A stretch of DNA of 64,000 bases from Takakia lepidozioides (taxonomy: Eukaryota > Plantae > Bryophyta). Position numbers and translations under genes: made by a program. The notes below the pieces were generated by a model. The model was not told the DNA's origin. It ran no database searches and saw only the letters and a list, made by a program, of their open reading frames with translations. The stretch covers positions 66,526,001 through 66,590,000 of the forward strand of contig CM060732.1 of assembly GCA_030704615.1 (NCBI GenBank). The letters are read 5' to 3'. Every line of letters begins with the position of its first letter. Positions within the stretch are counted from its first letter, which is position 1. Below are positions 51,255 to 64,000 of the stretch, in pieces.

Positions 51255-53108
51255 GTGAAAAGATCATACATGTCGCAAGGCGTTATGCTTAGGGCAGCCG
51301 AAAAGATAATGCTCTGAAACGTGCCTGGTCAGTGTCACTTGGACTGTTCTTTAAATTCACATCCGTGCATTCCAGTCAGCAACGGTGGGTAAGGATTATG
51401 TCTGGGTGGGTTGCTCAATTGTGTTGGCTAGAGTGTCCACTGTTGATGGGACACACAGCGTTGATAAAGACCAGGTTGGAATGGCAGGTTGGAGTTGGAG
51501 ATGTGGGGTACGCTGGCTGATAGCACAGGGCAACATGTGCGAAGAGGGGATGGGATATATGTTGCAGGGCGACTAGTTGTGGACGCTTTTGTCAACCAAA
51601 ATGAGATTCTGCAGAAAGGTGGCAAGGTCAGCGTTACTTTCATTGTTCTTTAGCTTCATGTCCATCCCCAGCTTGTGTGTCAAAGGAGTTTAGAATCTGT
51701 CATTCTGCCTCCTCTTGGCAGCCCTTGTGTAGAGTCTCTCTTTCTGTGAGGATGCAGAACATTTTGCTTCTCTGCTTTGTTGTGCTTTGTCGTTCTACTG
51801 GTGTTCCTCGGGCCCTTTGGACCTGCAGGGGATGCTTAGTTTTCTCTTCGAGTCGCCTCTGCGCGTCTCATCCTCTTTATCTTCTTTTGTTGTTTTACTG
51901 TGTTGAATAGGGTCACCCGTGGATGCCACGTCTTCTTCCTTTCTTATAAGCTCATTCAGCTGAATCAGTTGCATGTCCCGTTGGACCACAAATCCTAATT
52001 TCTGTTGCTGAATCACAGTTTCCTGGAGGAAAATTACAAGTTTTTCCTTGGCCAATCACTTTGCCTCTTCGGCTGTTTTTGCGTAGTCAGTGGGGAGTAG
52101 GCAGTGCAGTAGAAATTGGCACATAGTGGGGGGTAAGCGGACAGGTCTGACATGTGGGGTAATGTCCAGTAGGAGACAGGTCGTGATGAACACATCAAGC
52201 CTGGTGGAACCAGAAACTTCAGGTTGTCCTTTCTGCTCCCTCCAAACTGGGCATGGGGGGGTCAGTAGACAAAATACTATGGCAAGCAGTGTGATGAGTA
52301 AATCTTTGTAGGGTGGAGACCAAGGTTCACAAGGCCTCAGAGTCAGTTGATCAAATGTAAGAAGCGAAAGCACAGCACACATCTAGCATGAGCCTGTTTT
52401 CAGCCTTTGTTGATGATCGAGTCCCATCTCCATTATGTAGCTCTCTGAGATCCTTGCAGATCAGCCTGTTCGTGTCTTGCTTTGTTAGTGGGGCTGGATA
52501 GCGATGCGAGAGCGCCTCTGAGCAAAAGAGAGAGAGGGTTGTGAATTTCATGGAAAACCTACCTAGCCTTCCTCACAGGTCCAGTAGGAGCTGCGCAAAC
52601 TCCTCAAGAGAGAGAAAATAATAGCTGGAAAAGTTCTGTTGTTCTTATCTTTTTTGCATGCAGGTCAAGCAAAGAGCAAAGGAATCTGGCCAGAATTCTT
52701 CTCAGATCCCTCACTGTGGTGTTACAACAGGGTTGATAAGGTGAGGCTATCTTAACTCAAGATGTGGTTGAATTTGTCAAGTAGGGCTTGTGCCTGAAGC
52801 TGGCACACTGATATTCTCTGGACTGCATTGTGGCTCCAGTCCCTGCCCTTCTTGGCAAAAAATCAATACAGTTAGTCCTTATTGTTGCCATCAGTAGGCT
52901 GTTTGAAAGTTAGATGTTTCCTGTCATTCAAAAGATACTTGCAGCTATTGTAGTTGTAGCCTGGTATATGCAATGCTATGAGTGAAGCTATGGCTGCTCA
53001 GCTGTCCACTGGTGGTTTTCACAGAAGATTCCGAGATTACTGGGCTTCGGCCACAAGCCCACCAAAAAGGAGACCCTTTGGATTGAGAGTTGGTCAAACC
53101 TTCCTTGG

Positions 53109-55301
53109 GTGAATACAACACTGGCTGCCATGATACAAGGTCAAGCACAATCTGAAGATGGAGTCAACAAGAACTCTTCTGGGTCTTGTGGGGATCTCAG
53201 GATGCTATGTAAGGAGGGACAACTAAAAGAGGCATTGCACATTTTGAACAAACAAGTCAGATCTGCTGAATCCACTACTTACGTGTCTCTGTTGCGGGAG
53301 TGCATAAAAAATGAAAACCTTGAAATGGGAAAGCAGGTGCATTCCCACATTATCCGAAGCGGATTGAAGGTGAACACCTATTTACTCAACACCCTTGTTA
53401 ACATGTATGCCAAGTGTGGAAGCGTGGTGAATGCACGCACAGTGTTTGACAAAATGCGAGTACGAAATTTGTTTACTTGGACTATCATGATGGCAGGATA
53501 TGTGAAGCATGGGTGTGGTATGGAGGCTTTCAAATTGTATCAGCAAATGATTAGGGAAGGGGTGATGCCCAACAAGGTCACATTCATTTGCATTCTCAAG
53601 GCATGTGTGAGCCTGGCAAGCCTGGAAAAGGGCCAGGGGATCCATGCTGACATTGTCAGATCTGGAGTCACAGCAGATATTATGCTGGATACTACCCTTG
53701 TTGACATGTATGCTAAATGCGGGAGTGTAAAGGATGCACATCAAGTGTTCAACAATATGGCTGAACGAAATGTGGTCTCATGGAATGCGTTGATTACAGG
53801 ATATGCTGAGCATGGGTGTGGTAAGGAGGCTTTACAGATCTATGCCCAAATGATACAGGAAGGTGCGGTGCCTGACAAGGTCACTTTCATTTGCATTCTC
53901 AATGCATGTGCAAGCCTGGCAGCCCTGGACAATGGTAAAAACATCCATGATGACATCATCAAAGCTGGAATTGTGCCAGATATCATTCTGGAGACCACCC
54001 TTGTCAACATGTATGCCAAATGCAGGAGCATGAAGGATGCACATCGAGTGTTTGATGATATGGCTGAACGAAATGTGGTCTCATGGAGCGTGATGATAGC
54101 AGGATATGCTCAACAGGGCTGTGGTGTGGAGGCTTTCAAGATCTATGAGCAAATGATACAAGATGGGGTGAAGCCCAACAAGGTTACGTTCATAAGCATT
54201 CTCCAGGCGTGTGCCAGTGTAGCAGCCCTGGAGAAGGGCCAAGAAATGCATGCTGCCATCATCAAGGCTGGAATTGTGTTGGATATCGTTTTGGAGACAA
54301 CCCTTTTGGACATGTATGCCAAATGCGGGAGCATGAAGGATGCGCGTCGAGTGTTTGACAATATGACCGAACGAAATGTGGTCTCATGGAGTGCAATGAT
54401 GACAGGATATGCTCAGCATGGGTGTGGTAGGGAGGCCCTCAATCTTTTTGAACAAATGTGTGAGGAAGGGTTGAAGCCGGACACTATCACCTTCACATGT
54501 GTTCTCTCTGCCTGTAGCCATGCAGGCCTAGTGGATGAAGGTAGTTGCTACTTTGATTCCATGAGTCAAGATCATGGCCTAACTCCTACAGCAGAGCAGT
54601 TTGGCTGCATGGTTGACCTACTTGGCCGTGCAGGGCAATTGAATGAGGCAGAGATCTTCATTGAGAAAATGCCAATCGATCCAGGTGCGTCCGTGTGGGG
54701 AGCGTTGCTTGGTGCCTGCCGAATTCATGGCCATGTGAAGCTGGCTGAACGGGCGGCAAAATGCCTCCTAAAGTGTGATCCACAGCAGGCTCCAGTTTAT
54801 GTGCTACTATCAAACATTTATGCTGCGGCTGGCAGGTGGGACAAGAAAGCAAAGTTGAGAAAAATAATGGAGGATAGAGGGATCAAGAAGGAACCGGGGC
54901 TCAGCTGCATTGAGGTGGACAACCAGGTGCATACATTCGTTGTAGATGACAAATTGCATTTACACATTGAAGAAATCCATGCTGAGCTGATGAGATTGTT
55001 TGGCCAGATCAAGGAAGCGGGGTATGTGCCTGACACGAGTTTTATATTGCACGATGTGGAGGAGGAGCAAAAAGAATTTTCTCTTTGCTACCACAGCGAG
55101 AAGCTGGCCATTGCTTTTGGGCTGATCAGCACATCCCCTGGGACACCTATTCGCATCATCAAGAACCTTCGGGTGTGTGGTGACTGTCACACAGCTACTA
55201 AGTTTATCTCGAAGATTGTTGGGCGAGCAATTGTTGTGCGAGATGCCAACCGCTTTCACCACGTCCAAGATGGGGTTTGTTCCTGCGGAGATTACTGGTG
55301 A
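53109..55301 (+). CDS. PLS-class pentatricopeptide repeat protein with E and DYW deaminase domains (organellar C-to-U RNA editing factor)
   Basis: Intact 730-aa ORF with P-L-S triplets, PG box ([11 protein letters not shown]), HSEKLA, RVCGDCH and a terminal CSCGDYW. The start codon is uncertain. Confidence 0.96.
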   Translation: MNTTLAAMIQGQAQSEDGVNKNSSGSCGDLRMLCKEGQLKEALHILNKQVRSAESTTYVSLLRECIKNENLEMGKQVHSHIIRSGLKVNTYLLNTLVNMYAKCGSVVNARTVFDKMRVRNLFTWTIMMAGYVKHGCGMEAFKLYQQMIREGVMPNKVTFICILKACVSLASLEKGQGIHADIVRSGVTADIMLDTTLVDMYAKCGSVKDAHQVFNNMAERNVVSWNALITGYAEHGCGKEALQIYAQMIQEGAVPDKVTFICILNACASLAALDNGKNIHDDIIKAGIVPDIILETTLVNMYAKCRSMKDAHRVFDDMAERNVVSWSVMIAGYAQQGCGVEAFKIYEQMIQDGVKPNKVTFISILQACASVAALEKGQEMHAAIIKAGIVLDIVLETTLLDMYAKCGSMKDARRVFDNMTERNVVSWSAMMTGYAQHGCGREALNLFEQMCEEGLKPDTITFTCVLSACSHAGLVDEGSCYFDSMSQDHGLTPTAEQFGCMVDLLGRAGQLNEAEIFIEKMPIDPGASVWGALLGACRIHGHVKLAERAAKCLLKCDPQQAPVYVLLSNIYAAAGRWDKKAKLRKIMEDRGIKKEPGLSCIEVDNQVHTFVVDDKLHLHIEEIHAELMRLFGQIKEAGYVPDTSFILHDVEEEQKEFSLCYHSEKLAIAFGLISTSPGTPIRIIKNLRVCGDCHTATKFISKIVGRAIVVRDANRFHHVQDGVCSCGDYW

Positions 55302-55988
55302 AACAAACAACATGAAAGGTGGTTTGGAGATACGAAGTTTCTGAGCACAATCGTGGTGCCCACATATACAAGCAATGATGACCATTTCAAGGTGAGCCAG
55401 AACAAATACTTGCTAAATGTTGCACCCCTTTGTTTGCATCTTATCTTCAATATGCACCAATGAATGGTAGTCAAAGAATCAATGAATGGTAGTCAAAGCA
55501 GCATATATATCTAATCATTTCTGTTTGATAATTGAAATTAACTTGTGCCTTATTGGTTATGTCTAGTGAAGTACCTTACGAAGGCCTTGGTGGGTAGCGT
55601 ACACCACAGATGGAGGTGTTCTTGCACATGTATGACCCCTTAGCTGCCCCAGTAGTTACCAGACGAAAAGCATGATTCTGGAGATTTACCTCCCATTGCT
55701 CCAAGCACATTTGGCAACCCTCTGACATCTTGTTAGCACCCCATTTCACGAACTCCAAAGGATAATGAGGATGTCAGAGAGACACTTGAGGAGGTCTCCA
55801 ATCACAACCAATGACATGCTGTTTTGTTGGGGGTGGGGCTCTGGTGCATGCTCGCAATTTGCAGAAGCAAGTATCATGTATGCAGAAGATGAGTGCGGCC
55901 CAGGTTACATGACAATCGGAGATGATGAGAGAGTCTATGGGACAAAATGGAAGAAAACATGAGAGAGGAACAAATCCAGAAACCACAA

Positions 55989-56340
55989 TTAATGTTCTAG
56001 CGATTGTCTAAGGGTGAAGGCCTCGTGTAGGTAGGCTGCCAAGCATTTTTGATCCTCATAGTGAAAGACATCAGTGAGAGTTTGGGTTCCACTGAATAAA
56101 CAGTGGAATCTCCCACGGATCTCGTAGTATAGAGGGCAGTAGAAGAAGAAGTGTTCTTCAGTTTCAATTTCCTTGCTGCGCCCTATGCAAGCTGGACATA
56201 GGCGGTCCTCCCGTTGCAGGTTTTCCCATCTGCCAGTCTCTATCCGTAGGTTGTGGGAACCCACCCTGAACCGCCCCATGCCCCAAGAGGGAAGGAGATA
56301 AGGGTGCTGAAAGGTAATTTGGTCTCAAGATTCTATCATC
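55989..56340 (-). mobile_element. LINE 3'-end fragment (zinc-ribbon)
   Basis: RFRVGSHNLRIETGRW...RLCPAC...ETEEHFFFYCPLY. Confidence 0.75.
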
Positions 56341-57279
56341 GCGGAGCACCAAGAGAAAGTGCTTTGGGGTTGCTTTAAACTAGCTGATTAGATTCAAGGA
56401 CCATAGCACTAATTTGGATCATATGTTGTGGGGTTGCAAATTGATATTCTAACACTTGTATGGTTGTGGTGCTATTTGTGGAGGGTTGTGGGACAGAGAA
56501 GCCTTCTCAACGAGCTAATTGATTCCAAAGTTCTACAACTTGTTGGATCCAAAAAGCTTTGCTGGTGGACATATGTTCAGTTGTCTTAAATAACAAACCT
56601 CCGTAAACATAAGGCAGAGCTACCTTTGCCCAGAGTCTTGTCTCTGTTGGTTACATGGAGGGTGCCTAATATTTGTGCATTCAGAGAATGTGTGAGCTTG
56701 CCAGATGCAATGCAATCTTTGATAGAGCTCGAGGATATTAGGGTCGGTACTGCTCTAAGCTGGTCAGTTTGCCACTATAGATCACATCCTTTGCACAACT
56801 TCGAACATGTGAGTTCTTTGAACACTTGAGCTGATCGACCGCACAAGTCTCTTCGATGAACAAAGGAAGACCAGAGATAAATATGACCAGGCTTCGTTGA
56901 ATGAAGGAAGACCACAGATAAATACTTGAATGTCTGCCTGAACTCACTCCTGGAGACGTGCATCAAGCATATGATGCACTGAGCAAATGTTTGGGGTGCT
57001 AGTTTGTGAGTTAGAGCATGCGCTGACCCTTCCACTTTACCATCATGACTATGGGTGACCACAACACTTGAGAAATCTATTGCACAATACACAGTATACT
57101 TACTCAAAATCTGGCAATCATTTTGTCACCTCACTCCCAAAGAGCTTTCCGTGGACGTTATAAAGCACCATCTCCATTTCCCAAAGAGATTTGGTTCAGC
57201 CACTGCTTGGTTATCTGGCAATTATTTGGTCAGCTTACTCCCCAAGAGCCACTTGGTCCAGCCACTGCTAAACTTTATC

Positions 57280-57400
57280 ACTAAGTTGCTCTTGACCCTG
57301 TTAGACTCTTTGCTAAAAATCAGCAAGTCATCTACATACAAAGCCAACGCAACACCACTCACATTTTCATGTGTAGACTTGACAATCAACTGGTGGAATT
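57280..57400 (-). mobile_element. Possible small Copia-type RT relic
   Basis: LALYVDDLLIFSK. Confidence 0.35.
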
Positions 57401-57667
57401 GAGCAGCGCTGCTTTTTTGCGGCACCTGGTCAGGATGCAGCGCCCACTGCAGCTTCCTCACCCACGTCTCTCCTCCATCAGAGCTCCATAAATCTCTTCA
57501 CCCCTGTGGCTTCCGTCTCACAATCAGCCAGTTGCAATCCACACTTCCAGAGCTCTACGTCTGGGCTGAGAAATCACCTCAAAGGTGACACCTTTGGGTT
57601 TAGAATTGGCATTACAGTGCAATAGTTTCAGAGCTCTAGCTAGGAGGCCCCTGTTCCATTGAGAGCA

Positions 57668-59261
57668 ATGGAGCCCAAGGAAGGGTTCGACTGCTTCGGA
57701 TATGCAGCGCACGATCCCAAGGGAGTGCTGGTGCCCTTCCAATTCAAGCGCAGGTGGGTGCTCAGCTCGTTTCTGATGGCGGAGTTTGTTGTGTTGAGCT
57801 CCGAGGTTCTTTTTGTGGAGTTCGATCGGTGCTGCATGCATGCAGCTATGGGTTTGTGGGTGGGGGTTACATTAGGGAGGTTTCATCTGATGAGAGGTGT
57901 GTTGTTATGGAGTGCAGAAACTCGGGGCCGGATGATGTGGTGTTTCGCGTCACTCACTGTGGGATTTGCTACGCGGAGGTTGTATGGACCAAGAATTTTC
58001 TCGGGGATGTCAAGTACCCTGTTGTTCCGGGGTGAGTACCGGCTTCTCTTCTCTTGATTGATTCTGTTGCATGTTTGTTTGCTGAGAGAATATCTCCGTG
58101 ATTGAATATGTATGTGTGCTCAATTGCCGCAGGCACGAGATCGTTGGAGTTGTGACCAAGGTAGGCTCCAATGTCACGAGGTTCAACATTGGAGATCGTG
58201 TAGGAATGGGATATTACGCCATGACATGCCTGCAATGCGATTCTTGCAAGGAGGGCATAGATGGGTGTACAAACCATGGCACTAGGTGCTTCAACGCTGT
58301 GGATGTGGATGGTACGATTACTCGAGGAGGATTCTCCAACCTGATGCAAGCGGATCAGCGGTAATTGATTGAACTCCTGGAACACGCCTGAATATCTTTA
58401 GGGATGTTTTTGCTGTATGCGCTTGTAAGCGCGATGATAGCAGAGCAGAATTCACAAGGGTTTATTTTTGGTTGAAAATTGCAGGATGGTTTCCAAGATT
58501 CCGGATTCTCTGTCTTCCGATGTTGCGGCTCCTCTCCTCTGCGCAGGAATCACGGTGTACACTCCCATGATCCGCCATGGCATGAACGAGGCTGGGAAGA
58601 AGCTGGGCGTCATCGGGCTGGGCGGAGTGGGCCACATGGCAGTCAAGTTTGGAAAAGCGTTTGGTCTCAAGGTGACCGTGTTCAGTACATCGCTCTCTAA
58701 GAAGGAAGAAGCGCTTGGTGTACTTTGTGCCGACGCATTTGTGGTGAGTAAAGACGAAGAAGCCATGAAGGCCCTAGCTGATACCTTCGATTTCATCATC
58801 AACGCAGCAGCTGCAGCGGTTCCCCTGGATCCATATCTTCTCACCCTCAAGCCCAACGGTGTTCTTGTGATTGTTGGAGCAGCAAAGGAGCTGAAATTCA
58901 GCCCAGTGAATTTGTTCAGCAGTATGTTCTCTCGTCACTGCATCTTGTTGTTGATCAGAGATGTTCTACTCCTGTCAAGTTATTGCAAAGCGCATGATAA
59001 TGATGGAACTATAATGAGCATGTTTGTCCTGATTCTAGGTGTTCCAATGGTGTTCTTGCAGGGAAGTACATCACGGGGAGTGCAGGCGGGGGGATGAAAC
59101 TGATGCAAGAGATGCTGGATTTTTGTGGAGAAAGGGGAATAGCGCCAATGATCGAGACAATCAACATCCAGTATGTCAATCAGGCATTAGAGCGAATGAT
59201 GCAGAATGATGTTCATTACCGCTTTGTGGTCGATATTGAGAAATCCTTGAAGCCAGAGTGA
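57668..59261 (+). CDS. CAD: Cinnamyl alcohol dehydrogenase-like (MDR family), 5 exons: 57668-57753, 57918-58031, 58133-58360, 58485-58921, 59062-59261
   Basis: HCGIC, VPG|HEIVG, structural Zn motif CLQCDSC...C, APLLCAGITVY, GLGGVGH, NDVHYRFVVDI; canonical GT-AG introns. Confidence 0.93.
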
Positions 59262-59273
59262 GGGATTTGGAAC

Positions 59274-60056
59274 CAGTGTTGGACCGGTATAGGGGGCGAG
59301 GCGGGGTATCAGCAGGGGTAAGGGTATTGATCAAACACCTTCATGGATGCCCTGCCCTGCCTTTGAAGCTCTTTTTGTAGTGTAAAGGGTAGGGGGGTAT
59401 AAGCAACTGGCGGTACCCAGAACATATTGGGGGCAATATAGTAAAACGCTCATAAGTTGGGCTCCAACCAGACCAGCGCTCCTACCAGACCAGCCTGGTA
59501 TCGCAAGGAACACAACTTTGTCGATACCAGTACTCTCTCTGTCTGTCTTCCCGCCGTCGCTTGCACCCTAGGTATCAATATGTGGAGCATTAGGGGTTTA
59601 GGGTGAAGCAATGTAGAGTTGACATCTGGCTCTTTGTTATTATATATAAAGGCTAACCCCAAAAAGGGGCAGTAGCCGCAGGGCGAAGCGGCTCTTAGTT
59701 ACGGCGGCCATAGCCGGAGTCCTCTCTCTATAAATAAAGGCACTCTTCAAGTGCGGCATTCAGCTCTTTTTCTTTTTTTTTAAATCTGTCCAAATTATAC
59801 CTGCCATGGAGAATTTCTACCATAGAGCTGTATTGATACCAATATTGAAATATCCCAAGTATAAGAGTTGAAATTTGCAATACTGATAGCACACCATACC
59901 GAGGCCAAACAACAACAATGTACATACCAAACTGGTACATTAAAAGTTTAATATCTACTTTGATACCATTATCTGCCAGGTATGAAGAGAGGCCTCTTCA
60001 CTGATAATACGAGACCTTGGCTGGTATGAAATGTTGATGATACCGGTCCAACACTG
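59274..60056. mobile_element. hAT-like MITE, copy 2, in the CAD 3' UTR region
   Basis: Perfect 17-bp TIR CAGTGTTGGACCGGTAT / ATACCGGTCCAACACTG and internal homology to 7981-8717. Confidence 0.85.
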
Positions 60057-62860
60057 GTTCTAACAAGGAATGTTGATGTTTCGAATGTACTTATTTAGAT
60101 ATATGTAAAGTTTATCTGCTCCATATGCATTGTATTTCTTCAAAGTCGCTTGTTTATTCGCACACATTACAATTTCTGTTGTCTTTATTGGTTTTTCCTT
60201 TAACTACCTATTTTGCTCTCCTTGACTGAGTGTTAGAGGTTCATCTGGTGCTCTACCTACTGACACTTCTCTCGTCACACTTCAGGTTCCGATGGCGCTT
60301 CAGGTTCCGATGGATGATCAGAAATGCTATCTAGGTTATAAATAGGTGGACATGTGATAAACCAATGGATTCTTGGACAAGTTCCCTCTCACTTGTATCA
60401 ATACCTCAACAAAAGCATGAGCTCACCCCATGGGCCGTACTGGCAGGGCCCATAGGTGCATTCAAGTCCCAATTAATAAAAAATGAGAGGCAAAATCTCA
60501 TGTACGGTCCCTTCCGGACTAGCGGCCGCACAAAACACTAAAAAATAAGGTTTGTCCATTGTTTCGGCCGCTTCAGAGATGCCATGTCATCAAAAGTTGC
60601 GGGAACCCAGCGGACGAGCTTCATAGCGTTTTCAGACCGATTAGTGGACAAAAGGGTCCACTAGACAAGATATCGCGCTCAAACTGTCTGGATTTTTTGT
60701 CAAGGTTTCTTGTCGAGCCTTGGGGAAGGATCTCCTTGCAACACTTGCTCTTCAGTTTTCCGTGTTCATTATTTTAGAGGCTATGTCGAGTAGACATTCT
60801 TTAGCAATATCATCTCCAAACTGTATTGACCATGCTTCACAGTCGGTATGAGGTGAAGAGCTTTGTGAAAATTGACTTCCAAAGTCGTCATCATCTTCCT
60901 GCGAAAAGAAATCTTCTGGATTCATACTTCACAATGCTATCTGGCTTCACGTAGCTTTGGCAAAGCTCCGCGAAGAGACCAACCGACAGGCTTCCTTCGC
61001 TTTTGTCCAGTGGACAAGAAGCCTGGTAGCCTGGCCCCAAATTTGCTTTTGCTTTGTGCGCTGAGGTGGCAAAATTGGAGCGATGACTCAGCATGTTGGA
61101 GAGACCGGACAAAATCCGGTTTTTAACCAATCAGAGTGCAAGTCGTTTTGTCCGGTCGCTAGTCTGGAACGGCCTAAGACATTCTTCCGATAACTGTGGC
61201 GACGGCGACGCTGAGGAACTTACAGACAATGAGCAAGGAACCTGGCTAGAAATAAGAACACAGAGCCTGCCTCAGGGGAGACTTCAAGCAAAGTTCTGAT
61301 TCAAGAAATACAGAAGCTCGTGTTGTCAGCAGCCTATGAGGACCAGAACACAGAACCCTGATCATCTTTGCATGTAGGTACTCATACGTAACACTGCTTC
61401 CTCATGCCATAGCCTTGTGTGCAACTTACCATTGACTCTGCAAATCTGCTTGCAGGAGGCATTCCAAACACCTGACCTAAGAATGGAGCTGTTTTTAATG
61501 TAATTCAAAGTGACAATTGCTTGCAGTGGCTCCTTGCCTAGGCGATACAAAACTGACTTCATTCAATTGATCCGTAACTTTATCCTACAACAACAGATCA
61601 CCTGAGCCTGAAGCTCTGCTGGACTCCCAAAACCGTCACTTCTTGCACATTGTTGAAATCAGAGAAAGAAAAAAAATATAGAAAACGAAAACGTTAGTAA
61701 GAAAGAAAAAGATGGCAATGGCAAGGAACTTGGGAGAAACGATGATTCAAGCTCGCCTGCAATAGCTTCACTCCGAAGATTCCCGCTTCAGTTCACACAC
61801 AGTGATACGCACGCAGTTGGAGTCACAGGATTGGAATTGCGCATTGCATTGCAGCATCGAGCCGCAAGATGCTTCCAACGTAGCTTCGATCGCCGCCTGC
61901 TTGCTTCCGCCGTGCTCTCCATCACGTCTCACATGAAGGATTTCATCACGGGAAGCACTTGCATCATGTTATTGTGAGTTCATCTTGAGTCGTCTTTCAT
62001 GGTTGAAGATTGTTGCGCTTCTTTTACGTTTCTAGGGGTCACTTGCATTCATGTCGACATGTGTGTGTATGTTCAGCTTAGTCGTGATCGAGTTCAGGAG
62101 AGCTTTGTAGAGGGCGCCATGGTAATGGCGTCTGAGCTAAATTCAATGGCATGATGTCGGAGATTCTGGGGGAAGCTATGGACATGAGGGGTCTGGGATT
62201 TGGTGGTTGTGTTTGCAAGGTTGATGAGGTTTCGTACAATTGAGTTACAGTATCTTTGTTTTGATCAAAGTGCATGATTAAGTCATTGTGAGCTTGGTAG
62301 AATTGGCGGCTGGCTCCCGTTTGTTGTTCTGGAGTTCTATGGTGTTGTGGTGTTTCGACGCTGGTTTGCACTGAGAGGTGATGGTGTTTGCGGCAACTTT
62401 GTCGATTTGTTTGGGTTGCAATTCCACAATTTCCTTGATGCGTTCAAGATTTTGAAGTACGAGCTTTAGGCGAGCCGGGAATTCTTTAGTTGGAGTTTTA
62501 TAGGTTCTGATGTGCATTTTCTTGCGTGGTGATGGCTACGTTCACAGATCGAACGCTTGATACGAGGAGGATTGTCTGGTGAGGCTTGGGGTTCTTGCTG
62601 AGCATGTGAAGAATTATCGTGCGGGAGGTTTAGGGTTTTAGGTGAGTATGAAGAACGATGACTGCTATTGTTGTTTGTTTGTTTTGTCTTCCTAAGATTG
62701 TTTGCTGAGATCTCGTTGGTATCAATTAGAGCAGCTCGTCTGATTAACCAGCATTGTCTCACATGTAAGAAAGCTTGTGCACTTTCAGTTGCGAGAATTC
62801 TGACATTCTGATGGCATGCATGTAGCTGAATCGAGGAGTTTCTGCTGTTGAGCGGGCATA

Positions 62861-64000
62861 ATGGCTACAACCAGGAAGAACACGCAAACAGGGGATGGCA
62901 ACAACCGGGGATCTCTGGCACAGGCTCTCAGTGATGCGCAGGACAGGAAAGCGAGAGGCAACTCTTTGTTTAGAGAGGGCAAGCACAAGAGACCCGCTGA
63001 AGAATATGTTAACGCACTCAGAGTAGTTAGTTCCTTTGTCAGTAGCCCGAATCCTGACATCACATCACTTGTGGTGGCACTAAGATCAAATTTGGCTGCC
63101 TGCTATCTCGAGATGGAGCAGTACGAGCAAGCTGTGGAGGCGGCGAAGGCAACTGTGGCCATAGACCCTTTACACCTCAAGGCCTACAGCAGGCTGTGCA
63201 AGGCGCAGCACTCATTGATGTTGCTTCCTGAAGCTGCTGAGACCATGACAGTGGTGGTGGCACTCACACTCCCTCGGCGGTTGGATGAAGCCATGGTACC
63301 CATCTTCAACGAGCTTGTGGGGTTCCTTATGTTGCCACCGGAGATTACTGACTTCGCGTGTGTCGCGTCCGACCGTGAGCTGCAACGGGCTCTCTCGGCG
63401 AAGAAGCCGTTTGTTGTTCTCAAGCCAGGGAGCTACAGCGGGGGCCTGGGATCTCTGCAATTGGACTCTTCCTTGATGTTAATAGGATTAGGAAAGGTGG
63501 ATATCATGTGTGGTGCATCAGGACACTCATTGCACCTCATCTGCGGCCAGATGCAGGCACGCCGACTGAATCTTGTAGGGGAAATGAGAAGCGCAGTTTG
63601 CGTTGGCAGTGAACATGCGGAGCTGAGTCTGGTTGACTGTACGGTTGAAGATCATAAGGGACAGGGAGTGGTGGTCATAGGAGGCCATGCTCTCCTTTAT
63701 AATTGCACATTTCGGAATCTTGGGAAGCAGGCTGTGGATGTTCGTGGAGGATCAGCGAAACTCCTTGAATGCCACATCAGTAAGTGTCGTCAAGGGGTCA
63801 CTGTTTCTGGTGGATTGAAACTGCTAGAGATCAATGAATGTAAGATTGAGGATATCGCCCGAGAGGGCGTGTTGATTAGCGGCAAGAATAGGAGTGAAGC
63901 AGCTAATGTGGAGTTCGGTTTAGAAGAGCTGCGTGCAAACCTGCCAGGTGAATGTGCTGCAAGAAGAGGAGTGGAAACGAGCGTGCACAAGACCCTTTTG
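62861..64000 (+). CDS. TPR-domain plus right-handed beta-helix protein (runs off the window end)
   Basis: Open frame from ATG 62861: KARGNSLFREG...RSNLAACYLEMEQYEQA...IDPLHLKAYSR (TPR), then LKPGSY and parallel beta-helix repeats (LVDCTVE, LYNCTF, LLECHIS, INECKIE). Confidence 0.8.
   Translation, partial: MATTRKNTQTGDGNNRGSLAQALSDAQDRKARGNSLFREGKHKRPAEEYVNALRVVSSFVSSPNPDITSLVVALRSNLAACYLEMEQYEQAVEAAKATVAIDPLHLKAYSRLCKAQHSLMLLPEAAETMTVVVALTLPRRLDEAMVPIFNELVGFLMLPPEITDFACVASDRELQRALSAKKPFVVLKPGSYSGGLGSLQLDSSLMLIGLGKVDIMCGASGHSLHLICGQMQARRLNLVGEMRSAVCVGSEHAELSLVDCTVEDHKGQGVVVIGGHALLYNCTFRNLGKQAVDVRGGSAKLLECHISKCRQGVTVSGGLKLLEINECKIEDIAREGVLISGKNRSEAANVEFGLEELRANLPGECAARRGVETSVHKTLL

Overview
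Eukaryotic, repeat-rich nuclear DNA from a non-seed land plant (bryophyte-like: GT-AG introns, a PLS-DYW PPR gene, CAD, ARP5 remnants). The main discovery is an ~18.4 kb Mutator-like (MULE) DNA transposon at 28270-46658, with a 9-bp TSD (GATTGGTTG) and short degenerate TIRs. Head-to-head with its GCM/WRKY-DDE-SWIM transposase it carries a multi-exon gene fusing a ParB/Srx-like domain (DGNHRLLA) to a beta-class N4/N6 amino-methyltransferase fold. Two introns of that gene hold about 12 copies of a conserved 22-28 bp palindrome (GTGAATGTCGT-CA-ACGACATTCAC), which suggests a parS-like, element-specific self-marking or anti-silencing system. A young chromovirus LTR element interrupts the transposase. 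A rearranged second transposase fragment without that insertion lies just upstream. The window also opens with a decayed Ty3/Gypsy element that has a complete C5-cytosine methyltransferase between protease and RT and a PHD finger after integrase. Host genes are a PPR-DYW editing factor, a cinnamyl alcohol dehydrogenase, a TPR/beta-helix gene (truncated by the window end), a permuted papain-like ORF and pseudogene fragments. Many single-base frameshifts in the young elements may be long-read consensus errors.
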